From sequence record OL744216.1: a stretch of DNA of 64,000 nucleotides; one strand, 5' to 3'. Below the pieces are notes generated by a model. That model was given only the letters and a program-made list of their open reading frames with translations. It had not been told where the DNA came from and did no database searches. This stretch comes from Enterobacter phage vB_ExiM_F4M1E. This document shows, in pieces, positions 46,189-54,571 of the stretch. Within the stretch, counting starts at the first letter, position 1, and every line of letters starts with the position of its first letter. Both the position numbers and the translations under genes were made by a program.

Positions 46189-46408
46189 GTTGATCAGTCA
46201 CAAAGAAGCTGGTAAACTCATCAACCGTGCATATGAGTTGACCCGGGCGCACCCTCAGTTACGTGTGGGCCAGAATCTCTGGAACTACGTTAACGAGGAT
46301 TACCCGGACGTGGCAGCGTTGTTTCATGGTGGGGAGCATGACTTCTTCTATCAGCCAAATGCGGCAGTAGCCGTTGAAACATTCCTTATCTATTACGTGG
46401 AGAAATAA
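46181..46408 (+). CDS. hypothetical protein
   Basis: 75 aa. Confidence 0.45.
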   Translation: MTKLISHKEAGKLINRAYELTRAHPQLRVGQNLWNYVNEDYPDVAALFHGGEHDFFYQPNAAVAVETFLIYYVEK

Positions 46409-46409
46409 A

Positions 46410-46685
46410 ATGAGCATCGACCTGAAAATCACACGCACTATCAGTACCGGGGTAATGTTCTTCGTCCCCCATGACGAAGACCGTTATGACGAAATTGAAA
46501 CCACGATCCTGAATGAGTTTATCGATCTGGATTGCGGGTCTGTCGCGCTTCACGCCGATGATGCTGAGTTCTGTCAGTATTACCTAACTGCCGACATCGA
46601 GGATGAGGAAGAGTTCCACAAGGTGTGCCAGTGGCTCCTGAAGCGCATGGAAGAACTGGGCACCACACTGGATTTCGTATCATGA
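46410..46685 (+). CDS. hypothetical acidic protein
   Basis: start MSIDLKI. Confidence 0.45.
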   Translation: MSIDLKITRTISTGVMFFVPHDEDRYDEIETTILNEFIDLDCGSVALHADDAEFCQYYLTADIEDEEEFHKVCQWLLKRMEELGTTLDFVS

Positions 46686-46909
46686 CAAAGTACGTTTTCT
46701 TGTCCAACATCATGTACAACAGCATGGCTATCCGCCGGGTTCGTTGGTGGCATAAGCTGTTCGGTCATGCAGGAGAGGTTGTCCTTGATTACGTATATGT
46801 AAATCAGGTTGACAATGAGGACGGGTTCCGCAAGGCGGTCATCTACTTCCGTAATCGGGGCCTGGAGGCCCAAGTTATGGGTATGAAAATGCACGAGGGT
46901 ATCGTATGA
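46682..46909 (+). CDS. hypothetical protein
   Basis: start MTKYVFLSN; ATGA coupling. Confidence 0.45.
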   Translation: MTKYVFLSNIMYNSMAIRRVRWWHKLFGHAGEVVLDYVYVNQVDNEDGFRKAVIYFRNRGLEAQVMGMKMHEGIV

Positions 46910-47178
46910 TCTGCTACGACAAATATGGTAAGATGACGCCAGAGTTTCAGGCTTACCAACAAGAGGCTTGGGACAAGCTGCGGGCCATTGCCGGGCAACT
47001 GACGAAGCAAGCCATTGCCAGTGGTGTTTGTCCCAATGCAATGCGGGATACAATGGTCAAGGCTATCGAGTGCGGATGTGTTGTTGCCTGTGCAGAGGTC
47101 TTCGTTGAAGAGAACAAGAAGGATGTGCCCCAGAAAGGCTCTCCTGAGTGGCACATGGGGTTCGTGAACGGACTTTGA
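46906..47178 (+). CDS. hypothetical protein
   Basis: 90 aa. Confidence 0.45.
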   Translation: MICYDKYGKMTPEFQAYQQEAWDKLRAIAGQLTKQAIASGVCPNAMRDTMVKAIECGCVVACAEVFVEENKKDVPQKGSPEWHMGFVNGL

Positions 47179-47236
47179 TAAATCATACCGGGAGAGGCTT
47201 GCGCCTCTCCTGATGCGTTACAGGAGCAAATAGAGC

Positions 47237-48097
47237 ATGTCCTCATTTGATGCGGTTTTCTTACACGGTGTTGCTGACTATTCCAAAGGCACCAGCCCAA
47301 CACCCGAGATCCCGGACTGGAAAAATTTACAGCGCCGCCTGTCCGACGTGGAGAGCACCGCCAGGTCAGAGTGGCAGAATAATGATTCAATAGCATCTGA
47401 CATTAAAGATATCGCCAGCGACTTTGATTTCGACTCCTCGCTTGAGGATTTCGTAATCAGGGCAAATGACAAGATAGATCATCTCCACCAAGGTATCCGC
47501 GATGCCAGCTATGATCTCGATACCAACTGGGACCCTGACGCGATGACCCGTGATCAAATGGTGATTTTTGTCGAGAACCTTAAAGATCACCTCCAAGAAT
47601 ACCTTCCCAACTCCCGGCAAATGAAAGAGGTGGCTATGGGTTGGTATGGTTACAACGTTGCCCGGTTTGTTGAGGAGTATCATCCACTGGGCCAAGTGTG
47701 GCTCTGCTACACCCATGATGACACATACATGGGGGATTTGCACGACTCCAAGTTGGGCGACCTTACCATAAAGGCTTGTGCCAATGGTATCTTGAGATTC
47801 ACGACTCAGTGGGTCCCTGGGTATCTTCACTTTACCAGCGACAATAAGATTGTCATGGGTGAACGTGAAGGTAAAGGCAATATCGTCATTAAGGTGGATG
47901 AGTTCAAGACATACTTCGAAGACTGGAGGCGTCCAACAGAAGAGGAGATAGGCTTGTTTGATGTCCTCCACCCGGGGGCGAACTGGTCCGTATTCCGATA
48001 CTTGCGAGACTACGAAGGGAAGAACTACATCTCAAACAAGAAGGTCATCACCACCATACCGACCAGCAGTTTGATATCGGTGAGCACAGCACTGTGA
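47237..48097 (+). CDS. hypothetical protein (286 aa), last gene before non-coding region
   Basis: preceded by GGAGAGGC-ttgc-GCCTCTCC hairpin and CAGGAGCAAA RBS. Confidence 0.55.
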   Translation: MSSFDAVFLHGVADYSKGTSPTPEIPDWKNLQRRLSDVESTARSEWQNNDSIASDIKDIASDFDFDSSLEDFVIRANDKIDHLHQGIRDASYDLDTNWDPDAMTRDQMVIFVENLKDHLQEYLPNSRQMKEVAMGWYGYNVARFVEEYHPLGQVWLCYTHDDTYMGDLHDSKLGDLTIKACANGILRFTTQWVPGYLHFTSDNKIVMGEREGKGNIVIKVDEFKTYFEDWRRPTEEEIGLFDVLHPGANWSVFRYLRDYEGKNYISNKKVITTIPTSSLISVSTAL

Positions 48098-48127
48098 TAT
48101 TTGTGAGCTAAGGACGGCTCAGATTTC

Positions 48128-48290
48128 AGATCGGTTTTCGATTTGATATTTTCGCCTGATATTTGCGTAGATATTTGAAATCAGATTTCAATTCGAAATT
48201 CAATTTGAGATTTGATTTGGGATGGGGCTGCTGACCGGAACCCAGATCTGATTTCTTTTTCAGATTTACTGACCAGTGTATCAAACCGTC
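48128..48290. repeat. AT-rich degenerate short repeats (AGATTTCA / GATTTGA / GATATTT) - candidate DNA-unwinding element
   Basis: more than 10 copies of GATTT-based words in 160 bp, no ORF. Confidence 0.4.
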
Positions 48291-48402
48291 TGACCTGTGG
48301 TCAATACCTAATGCATCATAAATGTTACATTAAGGGACTTATGCACCACTAATGGTACATATATGTTACAATGCTGGAGTTATCCTCTATCAGAAAATTT
48401 GA

Positions 48403-48582
48403 GGGTCTCGATCGACTTTTCACTTTGCCAATCGTATTCTCTGCCCGGCGGGCGGGGCCGGAGTCTCGGTACAAAAACCGGGGTCTCGATCGGTTTTTCG
48501 ATTTCCAGATCGTATTCTCGATACAGGTACAGGTCTCGCGCCGGGGTCTCGATCGAAAATTCATTTTCGAAAACGTATTCTC
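48403..48582. repeat. iteron array: 3-4 units of GGGTCTCGATCG ... CGTATTCTC
   Basis: GGGTCTCGATCG at 48403, 48481, 48545 (variants 48460, 48531); CGTATTCTC at 48433, 48511, 48574. Confidence 0.5.
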
Positions 48583-48618
48583 AAAATCTATACAGAGGTT
48601 CAAATCGAAATGCAAATC

Positions 48619-48720
48619 GTTATCATTCTCACCTCTACCGGGTCGGAGTGAGAATCGTTCTCATTTGCAAATGCAACTAATAATCATTCGCATTCAGCTT
48701 GTTGAATGATAATCATTTTC
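48619..48720. promoter_or_regulatory. cluster of ATTCTCAT-core operator-like boxes including an exact Fur-box core
   Basis: TTGAATGATAATCATTTTC (48702-48720) contains AATGATAATCATT, the central 13-mer of the Fur consensus; also GAGAATCGTTCTCATT and ATAATCATTCGCAT. Confidence 0.4.
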
Positions 48721-48758
48721 ATCTCCAGAATAGCGGGCAGGTCCGGTGATTGTCTCCG

Positions 48759-48786
48759 GGTCAATTCTCCCCGCTATGTGTATAAT
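48759..48786 (+). promoter_or_regulatory. candidate promoter (GGTCAA-N-TGTGTATAAT) with no ORF downstream
   Basis: consensus TATAAT preceded by TGTG; -35 weak. Confidence 0.3.
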
Positions 48787-48792
48787 ATAACC

Positions 48793-48995
48793 CAAGCCCG
48801 GCCCGGTTGCAAGCGTCTTTACAGTTCTTTACAAAACTATTTTAGGCGAACTACCGGCGATCCACCTTCCGACCTGGCCCCGGTGCCCGGTACGTTAGCC
48901 CCGCCTTTTCGCCGTGGGGTGGCGTCTCCTCTCCTGTATGTGTACATTATGCACCAGGCCCGGCGGGCCGTCAATACAAAAATCAAAATAAATTT
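48793..48995 (+). ncRNA. candidate non-coding RNA between orphan promoter and GGCCCGgcGGGCC hairpin + A/T-rich end
   Basis: 200 nt GC-rich structured segment without ORF, bounded by promoter-like and terminator-like elements. Confidence 0.2.
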
Positions 48996-48998
48996 TTC

Positions 48999-49027
48999 TT
49001 GACCTGCCAGGCAAGCCGGGCCACAAT
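48999..49027 (+). promoter_or_regulatory. promoter of array gene 1: TTGACC-N17-CACAAT
   Basis: spacer contains GGCAAGCCGGGCC. Confidence 0.45.
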
Positions 49028-49057
49028 GCAGGCACACCAACAAAAGGAGATCGACCC

Positions 49058-49390
49058 ATGCAACAGACGAAATATTTTATTGAAGGAACAGCCGCCGCCC
49101 ACGCCGGGCAGATCCGCGCCTGCCGCTACAATAAAGAAGAGAACCGCCGCGAATGGTTCGCCGGGTTCGATAGTGTGGATCGTGGTTTCGCCGTGTTTAA
49201 GATCCTCCCTGGCCCCGGCGCTGTTAAGCTGGCTGACCTGGACCCCGTTTATATTGGTGGCGTTAAACAATGCCAGGATCGCGCCGTTACCCTGCAACAG
49301 ACAGACCGCGCCGGGCGCTATGTCATTTATGATATGGCAACGGGCAAGCCGTACCAGGAAAGCACAAAATTAAATTACAAAAATATTTAA
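49058..49390 (+). CDS. array gene 1, hypothetical (110 aa)
   Basis: AAAAGGAGA RBS; GC-rich codons. Confidence 0.55.
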   Translation: MQQTKYFIEGTAAAHAGQIRACRYNKEENRREWFAGFDSVDRGFAVFKILPGPGAVKLADLDPVYIGGVKQCQDRAVTLQQTDRAGRYVIYDMATGKPYQESTKLNYKNI

Positions 49391-49417
49391 AATAATGCTT
49401 GACGGGGCCGACGATAG
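49389..49417 (+). promoter_or_regulatory. family promoter TTGACG-GGGCCgacgataGGCCC-CATAAT
   Basis: 17-nt spacer with GGGGCC/GGCCCC inverted repeat; CACATAGCGACGCAC motif follows. Confidence 0.6.
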
Positions 49418-49479
49418 GCCCCATAATTCACCACATAGCGACGCACACCGCGCCGCACTAACAAAGAGAGACCGTCATC

Positions 49480-49917
49480 ATGTTACATTCAATCAATAAA
49501 GAGCAAAAACTGTACGTCCTGAAGTGTGGCAACGGCTTTACCTGCTATGGGTTCGAAGTGCTGGACACAAACGCCCGCAAGGTTAAGCAGTGGTTAGAAT
49601 CTGAAGGTGCAACAGTTGAGGATCTGCCATATCGCAAGGGCACAAAGAAGCATTATAAAGCCTGTCAAGATATGATCGCCGCTGGTTGTGCTTATCATGC
49701 CAGAACGGGCAAACGCTGCCTTGCTGGACTCACCAAACAATTAAAGGGCCTGGAGGGTCGCCGGGTAGAAGTGATCACAATGTACGGCGAAAAGCGCCGC
49801 TTTATTGTGGGTCGCTCTACTGGCTGGATGCCTGCCCACCTGGAGATCGCCCGCGCTAACAGTAGCGGCGGCATGAGTGCAGAGCAGCAATATAAATCTG
49901 TAACCATCGTAAAATAA
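49480..49917 (+). CDS. array gene 2, hypothetical (145 aa, Cys-containing)
   Basis: CA-rich leader CTAACAAAGAGAGACCGTCATC-ATG. Confidence 0.55.
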   Translation: MLHSINKEQKLYVLKCGNGFTCYGFEVLDTNARKVKQWLESEGATVEDLPYRKGTKKHYKACQDMIAAGCAYHARTGKRCLAGLTKQLKGLEGRRVEVITMYGEKRRFIVGRSTGWMPAHLEIARANSSGGMSAEQQYKSVTIVK

Positions 49918-49930
49918 TTTAAAAAGAGTA

Positions 49931-49959
49931 TTGACACCGGGGCCACCTGGCCCCATAAT
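49931..49959 (+). promoter_or_regulatory. family promoter TTGACA-ccGGGGCCAccTGGCCCC-ATAAT
   Basis: consensus -35/-10, palindromic spacer; GCCCGGCAAA direct repeat follows. Confidence 0.6.
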
Positions 49960-50007
49960 ACAAACAAGCCCGGCAAATGGTGCCCGGCAAAATCAGAGAG
50001 TAAAGAA

Positions 50008-50230
50008 AATGGCTAAAGTAACCTATAAAAAATCACGTGGCGTCTCCTCTGTTAACCTGGCGGCGGTTGTAACCCTGCCCGCATACCGTACCCGTGACGA
50101 GGCGCGCGCCGTTGCCAGTAAGATCCGCGCCGCTGGCGTGACTCCGACAACGCCAACCAAAACGGCGGACGGCTGGCGCGTTACCGCAAAGCATAACGGC
50201 GGCACACTTTCCCGCAACACTCACCGCTAA
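50008..50230 (+). CDS. array gene 3, hypothetical (73 aa, start MAKVTYKK)
   Basis: AGAGAGTAAAGAAA RBS. Confidence 0.5.
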
Positions 50231-50239
50231 CCAATTGCA

Positions 50240-50262
50240 GGCCCCGCCGGGGGCCTTTTGTG
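50240..50262 (+). terminator. terminator-like hairpin GGCCCC-gccg-GGGGCC + TTTTGTGT
   Basis: same palindrome as promoter spacers, here followed by a T-run. Confidence 0.45.
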
Positions 50263-50275
50263 TGGAGTCAGTACC

Positions 50276-50620
50276 ATGACCAAACAGATCTACCATGTAC
50301 CGATCACGCCGCTTTTCCGTTGTCATATCTTTTATGACTGTAATGATCTTGCGGGGCAATGGATCGGCGATACCGATCAACAATATGATTTCCCGGAATG
50401 GGACGAACTAAACCGCCGTGTAAGCAACGCCGCACACAATGCCGATCCTGATAGCCTGGCGGACGTGGAACACTTCCCCGGCGGGGCCGCTTGCTTTCCT
50501 TATATTGAGATCACCGCGCCAACGTGGGCGCTATGTAAAGCGATGGGCGACGCCGTGATCCGTTGCATCCTGGACAATGGCGGGATCGTCGAACCAAAAG
50601 ACAACGGAATAAATATTTAA
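50276..50620 (+). CDS. array gene 4, hypothetical (114 aa, start MTKQIYHV)
   Basis: GGAGTCAGTACC RBS. Confidence 0.5.
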   Translation: MTKQIYHVPITPLFRCHIFYDCNDLAGQWIGDTDQQYDFPEWDELNRRVSNAAHNADPDSLADVEHFPGGAACFPYIEITAPTWALCKAMGDAVIRCILDNGGIVEPKDNGINI

Positions 50621-50639
50621 ATTATTTTCGTTTTAGGGG

Positions 50640-50668
50640 TTGACGCCGCCCGGGGTTACCCTCATAAT
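50640..50668 (+). promoter_or_regulatory. family promoter TTGACG-N17-CATAAT
   Basis: followed by CACATAGGGCGACGG motif. Confidence 0.55.
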
Positions 50669-50720
50669 GTACCACATAGGGCGACGGAATAACCCGCCGC
50701 CAAAACCAAAAGGTAACAGT

Positions 50721-50960
50721 ATGCAAACCGTAATGATTAGCCACCCGGATCACGCTTCAGACTTCTACGCCCCGATCTACGCCCCGCTTGATTGGCAACG
50801 CCAGGGCCTGCAAAAAACCGCCACGGGCTATGGCACAAAGATCCCAACGTCCTATATGTTGGACTATCAAGGCAAGCGCCGTCGGATCTACGTTGACCAG
50901 TACAGCAACAGCGGCCACACTTACATCATGATCAAAGGCGAAAAAATTACGGTCTGCTAA
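50721..50960 (+). CDS. array gene 5, hypothetical (79 aa, start MQTVMISH)
   Basis: CA-rich leader + AAAAGGTAACAGT. Confidence 0.5.
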   Translation: MQTVMISHPDHASDFYAPIYAPLDWQRQGLQKTATGYGTKIPTSYMLDYQGKRRRIYVDQYSNSGHTYIMIKGEKITVC

Positions 50961-50969
50961 AAATAATTG

Positions 50970-50998
50970 TTGACCGGGGGCCGGAAAGGCCCCATAAT
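50970..50998 (+). promoter_or_regulatory. family promoter TTGACC-GGGGGCCggaaaGGCCCC-ATAAT
   Basis: 17-nt palindromic spacer. Confidence 0.6.
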
Positions 50999-51030
50999 AC
51001 CAGACATACCAAACAAACGAGGCTTTACAA

Positions 51031-51261
51031 ATGAATCTGACTACTATCGGCGCTAACCAAACTATGATCACCCTGGCAAATGGCGCACAGGTTTTCTTTT
51101 CCTACAATACCCCGGTTGCGGCATACCTGCCCGGAGAGGGCTACTTGGTGACCGCCACAAAGCACAGCGCCACCACCTCAAAGCATGTTAATGCTTGGGC
51201 TGGCAAAGGTTGCGAGACCCGCCCACAGGAATTTTTTGATAATCTTATCAAATCCGCTTGA
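51031..51261 (+). CDS. array gene 6, hypothetical (76 aa)
   Basis: leader ACCAAACAAACGAGGC. Confidence 0.5.
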   Translation: MNLTTIGANQTMITLANGAQVFFSYNTPVAAYLPGEGYLVTATKHSATTSKHVNAWAGKGCETRPQEFFDNLIKSA

Positions 51262-51287
51262 CGCTGGTTTCTGCCGGGGTATATAAT
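51258..51287 (+). promoter_or_regulatory. family promoter TTGACG-N18-TATAAT with CCGGGG-tatataat-CCCCGG palindrome spanning -10
   Basis: palindrome arms flank the -10 hexamer. Confidence 0.55.
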
Positions 51288-51339
51288 CCCCGGCATAGGC
51301 AAGCGAAAGCAAACAACCAAACCGAAAGGATACCAAACG

Positions 51340-51720
51340 ATGAATATTTTCAACACTGTAAACGCCGCCGACATCAAAGAAATTTCCGTAACTGGCAAAC
51401 GTTGGTTTCAGCGTAGCTATGGCAACACGTATCACAGCGTAAGCGTCGCCGCCGTGGTATCACGTGAGACAGCCGAAAACTTGGGGGCTAATCCATCCCC
51501 GGCGGGATCTGGCGACGTGTGGATCGACCTGGGTTATGTTGGGTTCGCTTATGGTTATGATCGCGGGTTCGAACAAACCGCCCTGGCTATCCTGATCGAG
51601 GCTGTAAGCGATGCGCCGCAGGACTGGAAACAAAATTCATACGCTTGCCAGGTGGCAACGGCTTTAAATGTGCCTTACTCCGAAAACGTTTATGATGTTA
51701 GCCGCAAAAAGGATTTATAA
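51340..51720 (+). CDS. array gene 7, hypothetical (126 aa)
   Basis: leader CAAACAACCAAACCGAAAGGATACC. Confidence 0.55.
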   Translation: MNIFNTVNAADIKEISVTGKRWFQRSYGNTYHSVSVAAVVSRETAENLGANPSPAGSGDVWIDLGYVGFAYGYDRGFEQTALAILIEAVSDAPQDWKQNSYACQVATALNVPYSENVYDVSRKKDL

Positions 51721-51726
51721 TTTAGG

Positions 51727-51756
51727 TTGACACGGGGCCGGGTTAGGCCCCATAAT
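51727..51756 (+). promoter_or_regulatory. family promoter TTGACA-cGGGGCCgggttaGGCCCC-ATAAT
   Basis: palindromic spacer. Confidence 0.6.
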
Positions 51757-51788
51757 ACCCACAGACCCAAACAAAAGAGTAAAACGCG

Positions 51789-51998
51789 ATGATTAACGAG
51801 CAGCAAGTAAACGACGTAAAACATGAGGCTTATCAGGTGGCGATCCGTAGTGGTTCCCGCGCCGCCTTCAATCTGGTTGTTGAGTTGTACCCTGAACAGG
51901 CGGAAAATATTTTAATGCAGGTTTCCGTATTACTGGAAGCAACAAAGCACACCAAATTAAGCGCCGGGATCGATAAGCTGGCAAAAAGTTTAAAATAG
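51789..51998 (+). CDS. array gene 8, hypothetical (69 aa)
   Basis: leader CCCAAACAAAAGAGTAAAACGCG. Confidence 0.5.
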   Translation: MINEQQVNDVKHEAYQVAIRSGSRAAFNLVVELYPEQAENILMQVSVLLEATKHTKLSAGIDKLAKSLK

Positions 51999-52002
51999 TT
52001 GT

Positions 52003-52031
52003 TGACTCTTACCCCGTCCCGCTGGCATAAT
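52003..52031 (+). promoter_or_regulatory. family promoter TTGACT-N17-CATAAT with GTCCCGCT...AGCGGGAC palindrome spanning -10
   Basis: 8-bp arms flank the -10. Confidence 0.55.
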
Positions 52032-52086
52032 AGCGGGACTGATTAAGAGAAACACCACACAAACCAAACTAAAGAGAGTAAACATT

Positions 52087-52476
52087 ATGAACGCTAATTA
52101 TGACTTTTCCCAAATGGTTGTCGCATCCTCTACCGATCTGCGTAACTTCCGCAAAGAAAATAACTTTTACAAGGCCGTTCACCTGGTCGGGCTGGTAGAC
52201 GGGGAGATCAAAGATCTGGCGGAGGTTTCATTCTACGGCACCGGGAAAACCAACACGGCTATTTTGTGGATTCACTCCCCGATCCTGTCTCTCTATGGTT
52301 CAAGCGCTGGCAAGGCTGGCGGCTACGGTTACAACCGTGAGGACGCCGCTTTTCAAAGCGCCTTGCGGGGAATGGGGATCAAAAGTACAGGTTACGAATT
52401 GCCACGTGATTTTTTCCCGGCGCTTGCAAAGCATTTAGGGGTTGATGTATACTCAATCATCGAATCACACGGTTAA
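52087..52476 (+). CDS. array gene 9, hypothetical (129 aa)
   Basis: leader ACCACACAAACCAAACTAAAGAGAGTAAAC. Confidence 0.55.
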   Translation: MNANYDFSQMVVASSTDLRNFRKENNFYKAVHLVGLVDGEIKDLAEVSFYGTGKTNTAILWIHSPILSLYGSSAGKAGGYGYNREDAAFQSALRGMGIKSTGYELPRDFFPALAKHLGVDVYSIIESHG

Positions 52477-52481
52477 TATGA

Positions 52482-52796
52482 ATGATAACTATTCTCACAA
52501 TGCTGGGACTTGCGGCGGCGGCGATTTACTGCGTCGCTACTTATAAAGCGTCTGTATGGCGAAAGGGTCAAAAAATGTACGGCTATTTTGAATATGAGTA
52601 CAAAGGGGAGAAGGGATCAAGCCGGGACTATGGCGCGATGTTAGAGATCGATATGGTTGGCGCGATGAACTACCGCCAGGAGTTGGGCGCGGTGATCACG
52701 TATGAAGTTTACAAGTCATCTGAGGATGAGATCGGGCAGATAATTGATCAACGTTACTATATGGAACAGCAACAAAACAAACGCCGGAGAAAATGA
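52482..52796 (+). CDS. array gene 10, membrane-anchored protein (104 aa)
   Basis: N-terminal TM helix ILTMLGLAAAAIYCVATY. Confidence 0.5.
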   Translation: MITILTMLGLAAAAIYCVATYKASVWRKGQKMYGYFEYEYKGEKGSSRDYGAMLEIDMVGAMNYRQELGAVITYEVYKSSEDEIGQIIDQRYYMEQQQNKRRRK

Positions 52797-52933
52797 GAAT
52801 GATTCACACTAACGAGAACCGCCAAAAGGCACGACCCCGCGCCCGCCTGTCATATGCTGAAGCCGAGGACCGCCTACAGCGTGAAAAGAGCAACAAACAA
52901 CAGCGCCGCAAAACGCGCTATAACTGGGAGTAA
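52793..52933 (+). CDS. array gene 11, basic micro-protein (46 aa, MRMIHTNEN...)
   Basis: ATGA overlap; its start codon context AAATGAGAATGATT is itself a Fur-like/ATTCTCAT box. Confidence 0.3.
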   Translation: MRMIHTNENRQKARPRARLSYAEAEDRLQREKSNKQQRRKTRYNWE

Positions 52934-52977
52934 GCGCCCCGGCAGGGAAACACTAGGCCAAACCGTTTAAACCGCAC

Positions 52978-53005
52978 AGGGGGCCTTACAGGCCCCTTAT
53001 TTTTG
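52978..53005 (+). terminator. rho-independent terminator GGGGCC-ttaca-GGCCCC + TTATTTTT
   Basis: family palindrome used as terminator stem with a T-run. Confidence 0.6.
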
Positions 53006-53009
53006 ATCT

Positions 53010-53249
53010 ATGGGGTACACAATGCAAAACCTTTACAGCATGACAGAATTTATCCGCCTCCTGGCGGGCCGTCCGATGGGCTTTACCTGCCTTTACTTGG
53101 TAAACGACGGCAAAGGCTACCGGATAACCTCAAAGTCATTAGCCGCCATTGCAGCGCGGGAAGGGGTGAAGATCTCCACCTCTCAGGCGCTCATTGTTGA
53201 CCCGGCGACCGTGGCGACGATTGAGGCGATCCGAGTCACCGTAAAATAA
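53010..53249 (+). CDS. array gene 12, hypothetical (79 aa; alternative start 53022)
   Basis: no dedicated promoter, may be read through. Confidence 0.4.
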   Translation: MGYTMQNLYSMTEFIRLLAGRPMGFTCLYLVNDGKGYRITSKSLAAIAAREGVKISTSQALIVDPATVATIEAIRVTVK

Positions 53250-53273
53250 TTCAAATATTTTCATTCCGGGGCT

Positions 53274-53301
53274 TGACGCCCGGCCCCGGTTCCCCCATAA
53301 T
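53274..53301 (+). promoter_or_regulatory. family promoter TTGACG-N16-CATAAT
   Basis: followed by CACATAGCGACGCACACCGCGACGCAC direct repeat. Confidence 0.55.
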
Positions 53302-53352
53302 ACACCACATAGCGACGCACACCGCGACGCACCAAACAAAAGAGAGTCCGTA

Positions 53353-53772
53353 ATGTCTACTAAAAATCCTTTCCGCATCAAATCAGGTTTATCCGTTTAC
53401 GCACTGGCTTGCGGCTACGTTCAGCAAATCGACACCGAAGTAACCGGGGAAAGTATCCGGGTACAATTGAGAATGGAACACGGCGCGTTTCACGTGCAGG
53501 CGTACAACTTCACCGAACACGGGCGGATCGAATGGGTAGTAGAGGACATGATCGGCGACGCTCGCACACAATGGCAACGCCTTGTAAATCAGATTTTTGG
53601 CGACACCATAAAGGCGACCAAAAAGGATCGCCGCTATACGGTAAATCGTGAGTATCGCGGGGAGAGTGACCCGGCGTATGTGACCCGCTTTTGTGGGGAG
53701 TATGTAGACTACAGCGACACCGCCGCCGCTGGCTGGATTAAGGCCGCAGAACACAAGGCCGGAAAACTTTAA
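53353..53772 (+). CDS. array gene 13, hypothetical (139 aa)
   Basis: leader CACCAAACAAAAGAGAGTCCGTA. Confidence 0.55.
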   Translation: MSTKNPFRIKSGLSVYALACGYVQQIDTEVTGESIRVQLRMEHGAFHVQAYNFTEHGRIEWVVEDMIGDARTQWQRLVNQIFGDTIKATKKDRRYTVNREYRGESDPAYVTRFCGEYVDYSDTAAAGWIKAAEHKAGKL

Positions 53773-53780
53773 AATAGTTG

Positions 53781-53810
53781 TTGACGCCGGGCACCGTCCC
53801 GGCTTACAAT
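53781..53810 (+). promoter_or_regulatory. family promoter TTGACG-CCGGGcaccgtCCCGG-cttACAAT
   Basis: variant palindrome CCGGG/CCCGG. Confidence 0.55.
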
Positions 53811-53841
53811 ACCCAAACACAAACAAAAGAGAGTCAACACC

Positions 53842-53994
53842 ATGAAACATTATTTAGTAAACATCCCTGGCGTGGCTGGCCCGCTGAAAGTTTACGGCTA
53901 CGACGAACAGGACGCAAGAAAGCGCCTACGTGATCGGGAAGGGTACGGATCACGCCTCCCACGTGGCACAAAACTTTATTTGCAAAACGCTTGA
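53842..53994 (+). CDS. array gene 14, micro-protein (50 aa)
   Basis: leader CACAAACAAAAGAGAGTCAACACC; 3' end overlaps the next promoter. Confidence 0.4.
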   Translation: MKHYLVNIPGVAGPLKVYGYDEQDARKRLRDREGYGSRLPRGTKLYLQNA

Positions 53995-54020
53995 CGTGTG
54001 GTTATGCCGTCGCCTACAAT
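53991..54020 (+). promoter_or_regulatory. family promoter TTGACG-N18-TACAAT with TATGCCGT...ACGGCATA palindrome spanning -10
   Basis: 8-bp arms flank the -10. Confidence 0.5.
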
Positions 54021-54066
54021 TACGGCATAGACAAACGAAAGCAGACAACCAAACGAGGGTTAAATT

Positions 54067-54360
54067 ATGTTTGAAGTATTCGCCGGAATGTGCTTTTATG
54101 CCGCCGCCGCTTTAAAGCAGTGTGATGATTTTGTTGTGGAGTCCTACGACGATCCGCTGACGTGTGAGATCGTGGCGACCGATTACCGCCAGGACACCCG
54201 CTGGATTAACCCGGCTTGTATTCCATCGCCAGAAGTCGAACCGATGCCAGAAGGCGAAGAGATTCAAGATCCTGCCGTGGCTGTTACCTCGTTTTTTGTG
54301 GATAATCTGGACGCCGCCGCGCTGGTCCAAATGTACGCAAGCCAGGAGGCCGCACAATGA
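54067..54360 (+). CDS. array gene 15, acidic hypothetical (97 aa)
   Basis: leader CAAACGAAAGCAGACAACCAAACGAGGG. Confidence 0.5.
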   Translation: MFEVFAGMCFYAAAALKQCDDFVVESYDDPLTCEIVATDYRQDTRWINPACIPSPEVEPMPEGEEIQDPAVAVTSFFVDNLDAAALVQMYASQEAAQ

Positions 54361-54500
54361 ACCACAGCCGCAACATTGCAAAGCGCCGCCGCCCTAATTC
54401 CAGCGCCGCCAATGATGAGCGCCGGATCGCTGGTTTCATCGCTTGCGGCTACACCGTACAGCAGGCCCGGCAAATGGTAAAAGCAAAAGGCAGAAAATAA
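54357..54500 (+). CDS. array gene 16, basic micro-protein (47 aa)
   Basis: ATGA overlap with gene 15. Confidence 0.35.
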   Translation: MNHSRNIAKRRRPNSSAANDERRIAGFIACGYTVQQARQMVKAKGRK

Positions 54501-54503
54501 TTG

Positions 54504-54533
54504 TTGACACCGGGCACCGTCCCGGCTTATAAT
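54504..54533 (+). promoter_or_regulatory. family promoter TTGACA-CCGGGcaccgtCCCGG-cttATAAT
   Basis: near-duplicate of promoters at 53781 and 54755. Confidence 0.55.
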
Positions 54534-54571
54534 TCAGCTACACCAAACAAAACAGGCAAACGAGGCCACAA

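Noticed and set aside
50240-50262. Hairpin after array gene 3 as an additional family promoter
   Set aside because: It has the palindrome but no -35/-10 hexamers and is followed by a T-run. Treated as a partial terminator.
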